Shown: piece by piece, positions 45,049-54,784 of the stretch
Layout: each line of letters begins with the position of its first letter
Position numbering within the stretch: position 1 is the first letter of the stretch
Origin: a virus
Virus record (IMG/VR): IMGVR_UViG_3300021376_000028
Coordinates: 21,678-85,677 of that record
Length of the DNA stretch: 64,000 nt
Direction: 5' to 3' (one strand)
Notes under the pieces: model-generated
Seen by the model: the letters and a program-made list of their open reading frames with translations, nothing else
The model's database searches: none
What the model was told of the DNA's origin: nothing
Made by a program: the position numbers and the translations under genes

Positions 45049-45480
45049 TCATTCCCTTGTTTTTGCTTGGACCTTCCGAGAAAGGTTTTGTATTGTGTAT
45101 TTTTTTGTATTTACAACTGGTCTACCAGGTGTTCTGGTGTTGAAAAATTCAACCATGATGTAAACATCCTCCTCAGTATAGTAGCGCCAATTGCTATAAC
45201 CGGGGCATCCGCCCCCAAACTTTTTTGCTTCAGGGATAAGAAATTTTTTTTCATATTTTCTAAGAGTATCAGGTCTTTTTTCCACAATCTTAGCAACTTC
45301 ACCAACAGTATAAATTCTATATAGAATTATTTCGTGACCAACAAAAGGAATTTCAATAATTTCTTTGTTATCAAGTCTTTGTACATAAATTTTATTTATC
45401 CTCTTGGATATTTTTTTTAATTTAACGATATAATTTGAATATGTATAAAATTTATTAGTAACAAGAGCATTATTAATCAT
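45049..45480 (-). CDS. MerR-type HTH protein
   Basis: YTVGEVAKIVEKRPDTLRKYEK..WRYYTEEDV. Confidence 0.88.
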   Translation of the reverse strand: MINNALVTNKFYTYSNYIVKLKKISKRINKIYVQRLDNKEIIEIPFVGHEIILYRIYTVGEVAKIVEKRPDTLRKYEKKFLIPEAKKFGGGCPGYSNWRYYTEEDVYIMVEFFNTRTPGRPVVNTKKYTIQNLSRKVQAKTRE

Positions 45481-45677
45481 TTCTGCCTCTTATAACCACT
45501 ATTCATCTTAGAGACAAAATCTTTCAAAAAGGATAATTTTACATCTCTAGTATCTGCACATATGGCACATGTGATATCAATGTAATACTCACCAGCAAAC
45601 CAATACTCTTCTCCTGCAAACTTTGGTCCACCGCATTTGGAACACTTAAACCTTAGACCTTTGATGTTCATAATCAA
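45477..45677 (-). CDS. Zn-ribbon protein
   Basis: CSKC..CAIC. Confidence 0.65.
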   Translation of the reverse strand: MIMNIKGLRFKCSKCGGPKFAGEEYWFAGEYYIDITCAICADTRDVKLSFLKDFVSKMNSGYKRQK

Positions 45678-46846
45678 TCCAGCCAGCAGTTGTATTCAGC
45701 AGTAACAATTCCCCTCTCTGGGTGAACAAACATCAAAGGCTGAGAGGCTCTGCCAACAGCAGCCAAACTCTCCATTGCATAAGTATTTGTTGACTCTGGG
45801 CTACCCGAAATACGGCACTGAACTGTGTTAAATGTCATTTTAGTAGGAGTATGGAAATGTCCAAAATACACATCATCAAAATGTTCCGGTATAGCACCAA
45901 CCTTCCAACCGTACACTTTTTTCTGGAAAGAGTAGAATGTTGAAAGACTACCGAACTGGTCCCCGTGAATTAATAAAGATGTATAGTTTCCAATCCTGTC
46001 TATTCCGTACCAGTTTCTTTCACCCCGGCCGTCTGGGATAACAAACTTAATACGCTTTTCACTTTCAAACATTAACTGCACTATTCTATACAACATTCTG
46101 TCCCCATTTGTCTCTGGGTCGTGATCTCTTCTACCTCTGCCACCAATGGCACCGTGATTTCCGATCACACCAACAAAGGTTATGTTTTCAAAATTTTCCA
46201 ACATCTTAGTAATGAACTTTTTCATTATTCTTGGACCATCGACGGTAATTTGTCTATACAAACCACCGTCAACGAGAAACGACTGGCCAGGGAAGATCAA
46301 TTCCCCTTCAATAATGTCACCCAAACACCAAATGTGTAAATCCTTAACCGGATGGTCCTGCCTTTGGATTTCAGTAAGGTGTATAACCTTTTCTGCAAAC
46401 TGGTCAATCCGACCTTCGCAAACCGTTGAGTTGTAATCAGGAGTAACTTTACACAACTGCCAGTCAGCGAGAACGGCAACAGCAACCTCTTCATTTTTCT
46501 TAGTAGAAAGTTTGGCAAGTTTTGGTTTGGGAACAGGAGCAATTTTGTTAGACTCAATGTCTTCCTTAACTGCACGGTAAACAGCATCAGCTAAATGGTC
46601 TTCTTTGCTCTTTAATTTTTCAAACTCCTGCAGCAGTTTTGTATAACTTATTTTTAATTCTGATTCCGACAATATCGGGGTGTCGCTCAAAGCATCTTTT
46701 GGCATTTCAATAATTCCATTTTCTTTTCTATATTTACAAAGCCCCATAGAGTCAATAGACTTACGGCACGATGAGTCTGCATAGCGCTGATTGGCGGTAT
46801 TTGGAGTGAACTCCACGCCACAGCCCTCTGCTCCACAAATTTTCAT
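45674..46846 (-). CDS. Calcineurin-like metallophosphoesterase, leaderless
   Basis: LADWQ, LGDIIEG, GNHG, HGD, GHFH; TGaTATAAT 7 nt upstream. Confidence 0.88.
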   Translation of the reverse strand: MKICGAEGCGVEFTPNTANQRYADSSCRKSIDSMGLCKYRKENGIIEMPKDALSDTPILSESELKISYTKLLQEFEKLKSKEDHLADAVYRAVKEDIESNKIAPVPKPKLAKLSTKKNEEVAVAVLADWQLCKVTPDYNSTVCEGRIDQFAEKVIHLTEIQRQDHPVKDLHIWCLGDIIEGELIFPGQSFLVDGGLYRQITVDGPRIMKKFITKMLENFENITFVGVIGNHGAIGGRGRRDHDPETNGDRMLYRIVQLMFESEKRIKFVIPDGRGERNWYGIDRIGNYTSLLIHGDQFGSLSTFYSFQKKVYGWKVGAIPEHFDDVYFGHFHTPTKMTFNTVQCRISGSPESTNTYAMESLAAVGRASQPLMFVHPERGIVTAEYNCWLD

Positions 46847-46881
46847 AAGGTCAATTATATCAGATTTGGCAGGGGGCGGGT

Positions 46882-47340
46882 TTAATCATTTGGGAATTTT
46901 TTTCTCGGTGAAGGAAGCCGATTTGTAACCTTTTTTTTACCAACCCGATTTCTATCATTCATGTTCTTGCGCAACTTTTCACGGTGCTGTTCGCTTGGCC
47001 TTTTACCTTCTCTATGAATTGCGCTGTGTTCTTTCTGTGAACATAAAAATAAATTTTCTAAACGATTATCTGTTTTTATCTCATTAATGTGGTGAATGCT
47101 TTCCCAAGCATGCAAATATCTTTCTAAATATTCCTCAAAAATAGCTCTATGTTCATAAATATAGCCCTTAATATTTGCGGGGTGATCTGGGTTGAGTATT
47201 CTTACATAGCCTTTATCGTCTATGTATTTACCACCATTATAGTTTGGGTTGGATTCTCCGAAACCAACTTTATCAGACCACTCAACATCTTTTCTTTTGG
47301 ATGCGAGTTCTCGTCTTTGCATTTTATCCCTGACCGCCAA
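46882..47340 (-). CDS. HNH endonuclease
   Basis: YEHR..IHHINEIKTDNRLENL..EHSAIH. Confidence 0.9.
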   Translation of the reverse strand: MAVRDKMQRRELASKRKDVEWSDKVGFGESNPNYNGGKYIDDKGYVRILNPDHPANIKGYIYEHRAIFEEYLERYLHAWESIHHINEIKTDNRLENLFLCSQKEHSAIHREGKRPSEQHREKLRKNMNDRNRVGKKKVTNRLPSPRKKFPND

Positions 47341-47983
47341 TGTCCTCTACATAAAATTGCATTCTATTTTCATTGCAAGGAATTGTGAAAGTTGACGGGA
47401 AGGCATTGCTTGAACCGCTGTCTCGGTAAATTTCAACATTAAAAACTCCACTACCATTAGAACCAGCAATTCCTGCTGAAGTGGTAGTAACAAATGTGTA
47501 TGTGCCAGCTCCAAAAATAATAGGAGCTGATCTTATGGTTGTATTTGCGGTAGTCGGAGCACCAGCAGCGGCATTTAAGTATGTGTGAATTGGCTGGTGG
47601 ATTTTCCAATTATATATAACAGTTCCAGAAGCAGGAACATTACCAGATGTTAATCTTAAAACATATGTTGCATCTTCTTGCCCAGGGTTGGAAACTTGAA
47701 TGCCGGGGAATACAAGGTTTAACCTAATATATCTGCTACCTGGTAGTGTAACTGAATTATCAACACCGCCACCTTCATTTTTAAGATTTATTATCTCATG
47801 GTATGTGTCCATGGTTGCATGAGATATTGAAGATGTAACTTGTTTAATTTTTATTAAACCTCGCGGGTTGTCGTCAGTTGCCTCCTTTACCTGCTGTATG
47901 TTTTCAGACATCTGCTGAAGGCGCTCGGATGTGATGGGGGTACCCGCTGTCCAAGCAACCTGAGTATAATTTTCATAAGCCAT
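47324..47983 (-). CDS. Minor tail protein
   Basis: Beta-rich, ends FYVEDIG, in tail module. Confidence 0.7.
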   Translation of the reverse strand: MAYENYTQVAWTAGTPITSERLQQMSENIQQVKEATDDNPRGLIKIKQVTSSISHATMDTYHEIINLKNEGGGVDNSVTLPGSRYIRLNLVFPGIQVSNPGQEDATYVLRLTSGNVPASGTVIYNWKIHQPIHTYLNAAAGAPTTANTTIRSAPIIFGAGTYTFVTTTSAGIAGSNGSGVFNVEIYRDSGSSNAFPSTFTIPCNENRMQFYVEDIGGQG

Positions 47984-47992
47984 ATTATTCCA

Positions 47993-49468
47993 TTATACTC
48001 CGATTATCTCATTTAATCTAGCCTCTAGATTTTCTACTCTTTCTATTAATTCTTTTATGGCAGAGGTTAATATGGGGACTAGCCCAGCATAATCAACCAT
48101 CCATGGACTATTTTTAACATCGTCACCGCCAACTGTGACAGGATGGGGATACGCTTTGTATAAATCTTGGGCTATAAAACCATGTGCTTCTTTATTGGGA
48201 TCTTCAATCCATTTAAATGAAACTGGATTAATTTCTTTGATTATTGATAAACCGTTAGACAATATTTTAATATTTGATTTTAATCTACTGTCTGACGAGG
48301 TGACGTACTTAACTGCCGAACTTCCATTAAATTCAATAGCACCAACAGCGTTGTTAGTATTGTAATTTACAAATCTTATGAAGTTCATGCCGTTGTCGTA
48401 ACCCCTACTCATATCAAACATCTCACCAGTAGTGCTTGTCATTGTAAAATCGCAACGCCCTGTTGACCTAATACGTGCCTCAGCGCCTGATCCATTGGAG
48501 GTAAGGAAATAATCTTCAGCACTAAAACGATCAGTTCTTATGAAATCCTTAAATAACTGCGTGTTCCCTGTGCTGTTATCTGAGTTCATTATTCTTATAC
48601 CGGAACCACCCGTCCCTCTCAAAAACCCGCTTGTAGTGATTTCAATACCGTTTGTCCCATCCGAGACCATCATTGAACCGCTAAAAACACCATCTGCACC
48701 CGTTATTGTTGCACCCGATAATGAACCTTGAAATAATCCTTCTTGTGCATATAGATATCCATTAGAATATAGAACAGCACTTCCGTTGTTGCTGGCAATA
48801 TAAGTTGAAGCAATGTCCCATCCGCCAACATAACCATCATTTGCGATAACTGTTCCACGAACCAACACGTCGCTAAATTCAGCAATACCATTTGCATTGA
48901 TTGCCCAACCTACACTGCCTGATATATAATTATTGCTTTTAATTATAGCATTTGTTGTAACGAAATCTGACTGCAGATCAATGATTGACATTACATTTTC
49001 AATTTGCGTGTTGCCAATTGCATTGGCTGCTATTTTAATACCAGTAATTGTCCCAGTCGCGATTTCATTGGCCGTAATAGTGTTAGCAGCTATTTGACCA
49101 GCAGTTATGGTGTTGGCAGCTATTTGACCAGCAGTTATGGTGTTAGCAGCTATTTGATTAGCAGTTATGGTGTTGGCAACAATTCTGTCTCCTTGAATTG
49201 TATTGGCGGTTATTGCTTTACCATTGAAAGTATTTGCTTCAAGCCGAATACCAGCCGGTTGTAAAACTTTAGACTGTATAGTTCTGACAATAAAGTCTTC
49301 AAAATTAATTCTATTTTGCTCCTGACGAGTGATTCTAGTGGGGGAACCAACAGTGCTGGTTGTAAAATCAAAAACAGAATATTGGCCAACATCAATCAAT
49401 GTAGAATTAATACCATTATGGCTGTGACCGCCGGTTGCTTGAAAATAAATTGAATTTTCTGATGCCAT
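47993..49468 (-). CDS. Tail fibre/spike with a C-terminal intramolecular chaperone (peptidase S74) domain
   Basis: ANTITAxQIA repeats; SDSRLKSNI..HGFIAQD..VDYAGLVP. Confidence 0.88.
   Translation of the reverse strand: MASENSIYFQATGGHSHNGINSTLIDVGQYSVFDFTTSTVGSPTRITRQEQNRINFEDFIVRTIQSKVLQPAGIRLEANTFNGKAITANTIQGDRIVANTITANQIAANTITAGQIAANTITAGQIAANTITANEIATGTITGIKIAANAIGNTQIENVMSIIDLQSDFVTTNAIIKSNNYISGSVGWAINANGIAEFSDVLVRGTVIANDGYVGGWDIASTYIASNNGSAVLYSNGYLYAQEGLFQGSLSGATITGADGVFSGSMMVSDGTNGIEITTSGFLRGTGGSGIRIMNSDNSTGNTQLFKDFIRTDRFSAEDYFLTSNGSGAEARIRSTGRCDFTMTSTTGEMFDMSRGYDNGMNFIRFVNYNTNNAVGAIEFNGSSAVKYVTSSDSRLKSNIKILSNGLSIIKEINPVSFKWIEDPNKEAHGFIAQDLYKAYPHPVTVGGDDVKNSPWMVDYAGLVPILTSAIKELIERVENLEARLNEIIGV
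49060..49190 (-). repeat. 30-bp coding tandem repeat (ANTITAGQIA)
   Basis: gtgttrgcagctatttgayyagcagttatg units. Confidence 0.85.
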
Positions 49469-52400
49469 TACTCCGCCTTTCTTAATAAAATTTTATGTTC
49501 AATTGTGTCGCCAAAAGAAATGCTATGAGAAATAACCCAATAACTAACATTTGTAATATCCAAACTTAACAATTCAGTTATTTCAATTCTATCACCAATT
49601 TGAATTTGCGGGATGGCAATGCTCGTAACATCCACGACAGGCATTGGTGTTGTAAATTTTGATATTAAAAAATCTGCTATGGTTTGTGCTTTTACAGGGT
49701 CCATAATATATGGATTATTAATTACGACTTCTTTTAAACCATATCTTCTTATAGATTCAGACAAAGATGCCACTTGTTTTTTAACTTGGTTAGAACCAGA
49801 TTGACCAATCACTGGGACACCAGAGATAGATGTTGCCTCTTGCTCCCCCGTTAAAGGGTTTGTGCCCTGAATGTACGCTAGATTACCGCTAGGAAGCGCC
49901 GAGGTCGCTGATAAAACGAGTTCGGCAAAATACGGCGTTGTGTTGAATTTAGAAATTTCCAGAAGCGGTGGCGATCTAAAAGCAGCGTTTGCTGCCGTAA
50001 CGAAAGGGAACAGGATATTAAAAACTGGGGCTCCTTCATATTTAATTTCATAATACCTAGATTCTCTGACAGGATCGTTTGCATAATGAGCAGATGGTGT
50101 TGTGTCAAACATCCCTCTTTCAACATTTAAAAAATTTTGTGAATCTAAATCATTATATTTAATAATTTCGTTACTTATTTTAATATAACCGCTTTGACTA
50201 AAAGGAGGAGTATTTGTTGTATTTACAGGTATGCTATTAGATGATGAAGATATATTATTTCTTAAAGTAACAGCACCAAGTGTAGAGCCCTCTGTTGCGT
50301 TCCACACAGGTCTCCTGGATGTCAAAGCAGGAATTTCGTCTGTAACCTCAACAGTTACTTTATTAACTTGTAATTGTACATTATATTCTGCTGAAACGAT
50401 GTGAGAGTTGCCTGATATTTGTTTTTGCACAGAGTAGTGTTGGTCAATTGATGGTTCATAAAATCTATAAAAATGGTAATAAGTAAATTTATTATTTTCA
50501 TCAACAAAGAATCTGCCAAAATCACCAAGTGCAATATCATCAATAATTGCCTTCACACTCTTTTCGTTTCCGTATAAATGTGGAAATTTTGTTAGTGGTT
50601 TAATTTGTGTTGCAATATATCTATTGCGAATTTCGTCTCCATCTAAACACTTGTTATATATAATCAACTCATCAATTAAAAAATCTTTACCAGCATTAGC
50701 AATTGTGATGTCTCCCAAACCAAATGTAGAAACTATGGAGTTGCTTTCTGTGGCTTTATGTTGGCCGTTTAAATAATATTTTATAACTTTATTTTTTTTT
50801 GTTACACAAATGTGTTGCCATTTATCAGGATCTAAGGCCGTATTTGTAGATACTATTTTATTTCCATTGCTACCATTTAATGTAAAACCATTTCCAGAGT
50901 TATTATAAAAAAATGTATAACCATAATTAACGGAATTTGCTGTAGTTACATTTGTTATATATGTTCCGCTATTGCTAAAAGTTCCATTAGGAAATTTTAC
51001 ATATAATTCAATAGTAAATTCTCCATCGTTATATTTAGAAGAATTTGTATTTTCTAAATCTAGAGATTCGTCATAAGGAATTACTATGGAAGAAGACGTT
51101 ACAACTTTTACAGATTTGCTTCCTGGCTCTGAAACAAGTCCGGTTGTTTGATTAATTTCAACAGGACCAATATACTTTCCGTCATTTCTGTAATGATTTC
51201 TGTTTTTAGAATTTTTTACAGATGTCACATTTCTTGAGCCAACAGCATCCTCTGCGACAGTTGTGTACGCAGAACTGACGGGGATCTGCACTTGACCTGA
51301 CCCAGAAAGTTGGCTATATAGTTTCAATTGGAAACTGCTCCCGCTACCTTGAGCGCCAGCTCCATGGTAGAATTCAATTCTTAATTTATAAGGCACACCG
51401 GCATCTAAATTTAAATAGAATCCCAAATATTCATAAGATGTCAAATTTCTTGTTGCAGTTGCCGTTGCATTTAAATTCCAATAATCAAGAATTATTGTAT
51501 TATCTAAGTACGCCCTAATCCCCGCATTTCTTGTTGAAATATTAATAGAGTAGTCTCCACTTTGAGTAGGAACAAAATATCCGTCAACAACCCCATTAAA
51601 ATATTCACTTTGAGCTGTTGAGTTTACGCTTTGCAAAACTCCATTAATACTTGGAATAAAAGCAAAATCTGAAATGTCTAGGCACAACTGAGTGTTTGAG
51701 TTGAATCCGTAAACGCCCGACGCAGAGGTGCTGTATGAAACATAAGAAGCAGGAATGTAAGGTTTAATTCTTAAAGCCCTGTCGTATGCTGAAAGCTCTC
51801 GGTCAAGAGCGTCAGCGACAATATCTTTAAGAGTGTTTTCTTTACCTACTTCAATTTTCCAAGCACGCAGTCTCAACCCCTGTCCTGGGGTGATTGCCAC
51901 ACCCGTTTTATCTGGAGAAAATTCTGAAAACGAATACAGCGCAATTGCGTTTTTTCTTCCATAATCGTTGAATGGATAGATTTGATTTGATTCTTTTTTT
52001 GAAATATTTGTCAACATCATTAAGTTTTCAATGGCTTCTCCAACAGTTGCGTTTTGAATATGGAAACCTTTAGTAATTTGTTTTTCAGTTAAAAATTTTG
52101 TTTTATCAATGCACTTAACAGAAACCTCCATTGAACTTCCGCCAGTCCACTCATCAATATAGAATTCTCCAAAGTCAATGTATTCAAAAGGATCAAAAGA
52201 CACAACTTCTCCAGAAGTGTGAGAAGAAGCTGTTGTCGTACCAAACCCGCGTTCTAAAATTGTCACGGTTTTATCTGTTCTTGTGGAGCACAAAACCATT
52301 TCTTCATTTAGTTTGTTTGGAGAAATTGTCAAAATAAAGTTGTTTGTTGCATTTCCATTCAAAAATCCTGCCGCGTCCAAAACTGTGAGGCTGTTTGAGG

Positions 52401-53415
52401 TCGTATTCATGTTTGCTGTCAAAACAGTGTTAACGAGTAAAGAGTTGCTTTTTACAATTTGCCAACCGTTATATATGTTAACTTTAAGATCTTTTTTCAT
52501 ATACTTGCCGTATAGTGAATTATCATTAAAAGGACTGAAATGTTTTGTTGTATTATCAAGAGTAATAGAGGCCGTGCTTGAGCCACCTCCTCCGATAGGA
52601 ATGGAATTTTCATACAATTCCCCCACCCTATCCACTGAGTGACTAATTACATAGTCTGTAACATCAACCTCATAAATTGGAACAACTTCCATTATCCGAG
52701 CATTGTCTAGTTTATTTCTAGTACTTAAAATTGTAAGTTTAATTTGATAAATATCGTATGTTCCAGCAGTATCTGGAATATTATGAATTTTATAATATTC
52801 GTCTTTGCCCATTTCACCGTACTGATCATAAATTTTTGACAGTGTGTTATTGTAAGCTTCTATTCTATACCATTGAACCTTGCCGAAATATTCAGATGTT
52901 ACAATTTTTATCTTATTTATTTTTCTTTGTGTAAAAGTATACTCAACATAAGGGGATGTAGTAAACGCAAAACCGCCATCGGCATATGTTGATGATGTTG
53001 ATTTAGCATTTGATCTCCAACCAAATTTAAAATTATCTTCTGTGTCTGATGGCATTGCGTACCAGTTGCCATTTGCTCTAATAACTTGACCGTGCTCATC
53101 TTTATCATTACAGACAGCCCAAGCAAAAGTTTGGCGTTCAGAACCGCTCATTGATTGTTCCGGTTTAAAGTAAAACCCAGATTGGAGAGTGGTCCCCGCC
53201 ATTTGAGTACTCCTAGTACCCCGAGATGTGTTGGAATATGTATCATTTGTTGCTATCGTAAGATTTTCTACATGTCTATTATCTAAAAATGTAATTAAAA
53301 TTTTAGGTTTGACCCTTTGTGCATATGCATTCGTAGCACTAGAAAATGAGTTGGACAGCGTTTTGCCGTGCATATCTTGCGTTAGCATTAAACTTCCTCC
53401 AACTCTAAATCGCAT
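49468..53415 (-). CDS. Large minor tail protein with PA14-like and LamG-like domains
   Basis: GYFVPTQSGDY..YKLRIEFY (PA14); FTIELYVK..WQHICV..IDELIIYN (LamG). Confidence 0.8.
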   Translation of the reverse strand: MRFRVGGSLMLTQDMHGKTLSNSFSSATNAYAQRVKPKILITFLDNRHVENLTIATNDTYSNTSRGTRSTQMAGTTLQSGFYFKPEQSMSGSERQTFAWAVCNDKDEHGQVIRANGNWYAMPSDTEDNFKFGWRSNAKSTSSTYADGGFAFTTSPYVEYTFTQRKINKIKIVTSEYFGKVQWYRIEAYNNTLSKIYDQYGEMGKDEYYKIHNIPDTAGTYDIYQIKLTILSTRNKLDNARIMEVVPIYEVDVTDYVISHSVDRVGELYENSIPIGGGGSSTASITLDNTTKHFSPFNDNSLYGKYMKKDLKVNIYNGWQIVKSNSLLVNTVLTANMNTTSNSLTVLDAAGFLNGNATNNFILTISPNKLNEEMVLCSTRTDKTVTILERGFGTTTASSHTSGEVVSFDPFEYIDFGEFYIDEWTGGSSMEVSVKCIDKTKFLTEKQITKGFHIQNATVGEAIENLMMLTNISKKESNQIYPFNDYGRKNAIALYSFSEFSPDKTGVAITPGQGLRLRAWKIEVGKENTLKDIVADALDRELSAYDRALRIKPYIPASYVSYSTSASGVYGFNSNTQLCLDISDFAFIPSINGVLQSVNSTAQSEYFNGVVDGYFVPTQSGDYSINISTRNAGIRAYLDNTIILDYWNLNATATATRNLTSYEYLGFYLNLDAGVPYKLRIEFYHGAGAQGSGSSFQLKLYSQLSGSGQVQIPVSSAYTTVAEDAVGSRNVTSVKNSKNRNHYRNDGKYIGPVEINQTTGLVSEPGSKSVKVVTSSSIVIPYDESLDLENTNSSKYNDGEFTIELYVKFPNGTFSNSGTYITNVTTANSVNYGYTFFYNNSGNGFTLNGSNGNKIVSTNTALDPDKWQHICVTKKNKVIKYYLNGQHKATESNSIVSTFGLGDITIANAGKDFLIDELIIYNKCLDGDEIRNRYIATQIKPLTKFPHLYGNEKSVKAIIDDIALGDFGRFFVDENNKFTYYHFYRFYEPSIDQHYSVQKQISGNSHIVSAEYNVQLQVNKVTVEVTDEIPALTSRRPVWNATEGSTLGAVTLRNNISSSSNSIPVNTTNTPPFSQSGYIKISNEIIKYNDLDSQNFLNVERGMFDTTPSAHYANDPVRESRYYEIKYEGAPVFNILFPFVTAANAAFRSPPLLEISKFNTTPYFAELVLSATSALPSGNLAYIQGTNPLTGEQEATSISGVPVIGQSGSNQVKKQVASLSESIRRYGLKEVVINNPYIMDPVKAQTIADFLISKFTTPMPVVDVTSIAIPQIQIGDRIEITELLSLDITNVSYWVISHSISFGDTIEHKILLRKAE

Positions 53416-54389
53416 TTATAAAAATAAACATTCTGAGTTAAATCTCTTCTCACAATGTCTTCTGTGTAGGACTTTACAAATACATTATAACTCGTCTCAA
53501 CCGGCAAATCTTGAGGATTCGTACCGTAACTTATAATTTTCAAAATATGAGAATTCATGTCGCTTGCAATTTCTCTTATATAATCCCTGGCTTCTCTTTT
53601 ATCAAAAGTTTCATATTTTTTAGATGGCAACCATTCCCAGCCAATTTTTACAACCATTTTATTTGGAGTACTTGATTTATAATATCTAGATTTTTTAGAA
53701 TTCCAATTTATTTTTTCAACTTTTACTTGACCAACATCATAACTAATATTTCTATTTTGAGCGGTGAGAGGCTTGTCGTCTAAAACGATTAAAGAAACAA
53801 TTGAACCTGGGAAGCGGCTTGTTGAGGTTATTCTGAGTATGTCAGCAACAACCAGACCTGTGACTATTGACAAATTTGCTTTTAATAAAAGAATTTCGCC
53901 AGCCAGCAACACAAACAACGAAGAACCAGACAGGTTTGCACTTAAGAGTTTGATAATTTTTGCATTTATGGTTGTGTTTAAATTTGAATCAAGATTAACA
54001 GCAGCCTTTATTATTTTTAAAGATGTAATGTTTGTAGAAAGATTGCCTGTTTGCGTCGCTGGTATGGCATACCTAATGGCAAGAGAAGTTGCGCTTAGGT
54101 CCACACTCGCATCGGCAATTACCAAAGCTTTTAAAATGTAAATTCCAACAACGACCGTTGCGCCATCAATACTGAGTATTGAACTAACTGTTTGAATTAG
54201 ACCAGCCAAAGCGGTTAGATTTGATTCAAACGACAGAGCAGAGTCTGCTTTTACAATTTTTCCTGCAACTGCTGTTTGTTCTGACTCAATAGAAAGGACG
54301 GCAGCAATTCCGATAATTGGGCCTCCGTTGTAGAACTTTTCACCAGAAGCATTTGCTGTAATCTCATATGTAAATTCTTCGTTAGACAT
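53388..54389 (-). CDS. Minor tail protein
   Basis: C-terminal 130 aa resemble 54389-54784 (WxxLPS..DxRxxRDY..YxExxxRR..xEEV). Confidence 0.7.
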   Translation of the reverse strand: MSNEEFTYEITANASGEKFYNGGPIIGIAAVLSIESEQTAVAGKIVKADSALSFESNLTALAGLIQTVSSILSIDGATVVVGIYILKALVIADASVDLSATSLAIRYAIPATQTGNLSTNITSLKIIKAAVNLDSNLNTTINAKIIKLLSANLSGSSLFVLLAGEILLLKANLSIVTGLVVADILRITSTSRFPGSIVSLIVLDDKPLTAQNRNISYDVGQVKVEKINWNSKKSRYYKSSTPNKMVVKIGWEWLPSKKYETFDKREARDYIREIASDMNSHILKIISYGTNPQDLPVETSYNVFVKSYTEDIVRRDLTQNVYFYKCDLELEEV

Positions 54390-54784
54390 TACACTTCCTC
54401 AAAAACCATGTTAACTCTATAATAATCACAACCTTGAGAAATTTCTCTTCTTATAAGAGATTCCGAATAAGATTGGAGATATACATCTATTGTTTCAGCA
54501 TTCTCATCTGCTGTAATTTTTATTTTCATTGGTATTTTATTTGCAATTGCTGTAAGCGACTTTAAATAATCCCGCCCTTTTCTATTGTCTATTGTTTTTG
54601 AAGAAAGAGATGGCAAATAATCCCATTGAAAAGAAAATGTTCTTTTAATAGACCTGTAATATCTTCTTTTGGAGCCAGAGTCCAGTTCAACTTCTGAGGC
54701 ATTAATGTTTATCACATCATTTATTTGTCGGCCCTGCTCGGTAATTTCTTGATTATTTAAAGACAAAAAACTTACAATTGTCAT
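54389..54784 (-). CDS. Distal-tail-like protein
   Basis: Immediately after the tape measure. Confidence 0.65.
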   Translation of the reverse strand: MTIVSFLSLNNQEITEQGRQINDVININASEVELDSGSKRRYYRSIKRTFSFQWDYLPSLSSKTIDNRKGRDYLKSLTAIANKIPMKIKITADENAETIDVYLQSYSESLIRREISQGCDYYRVNMVFEEV

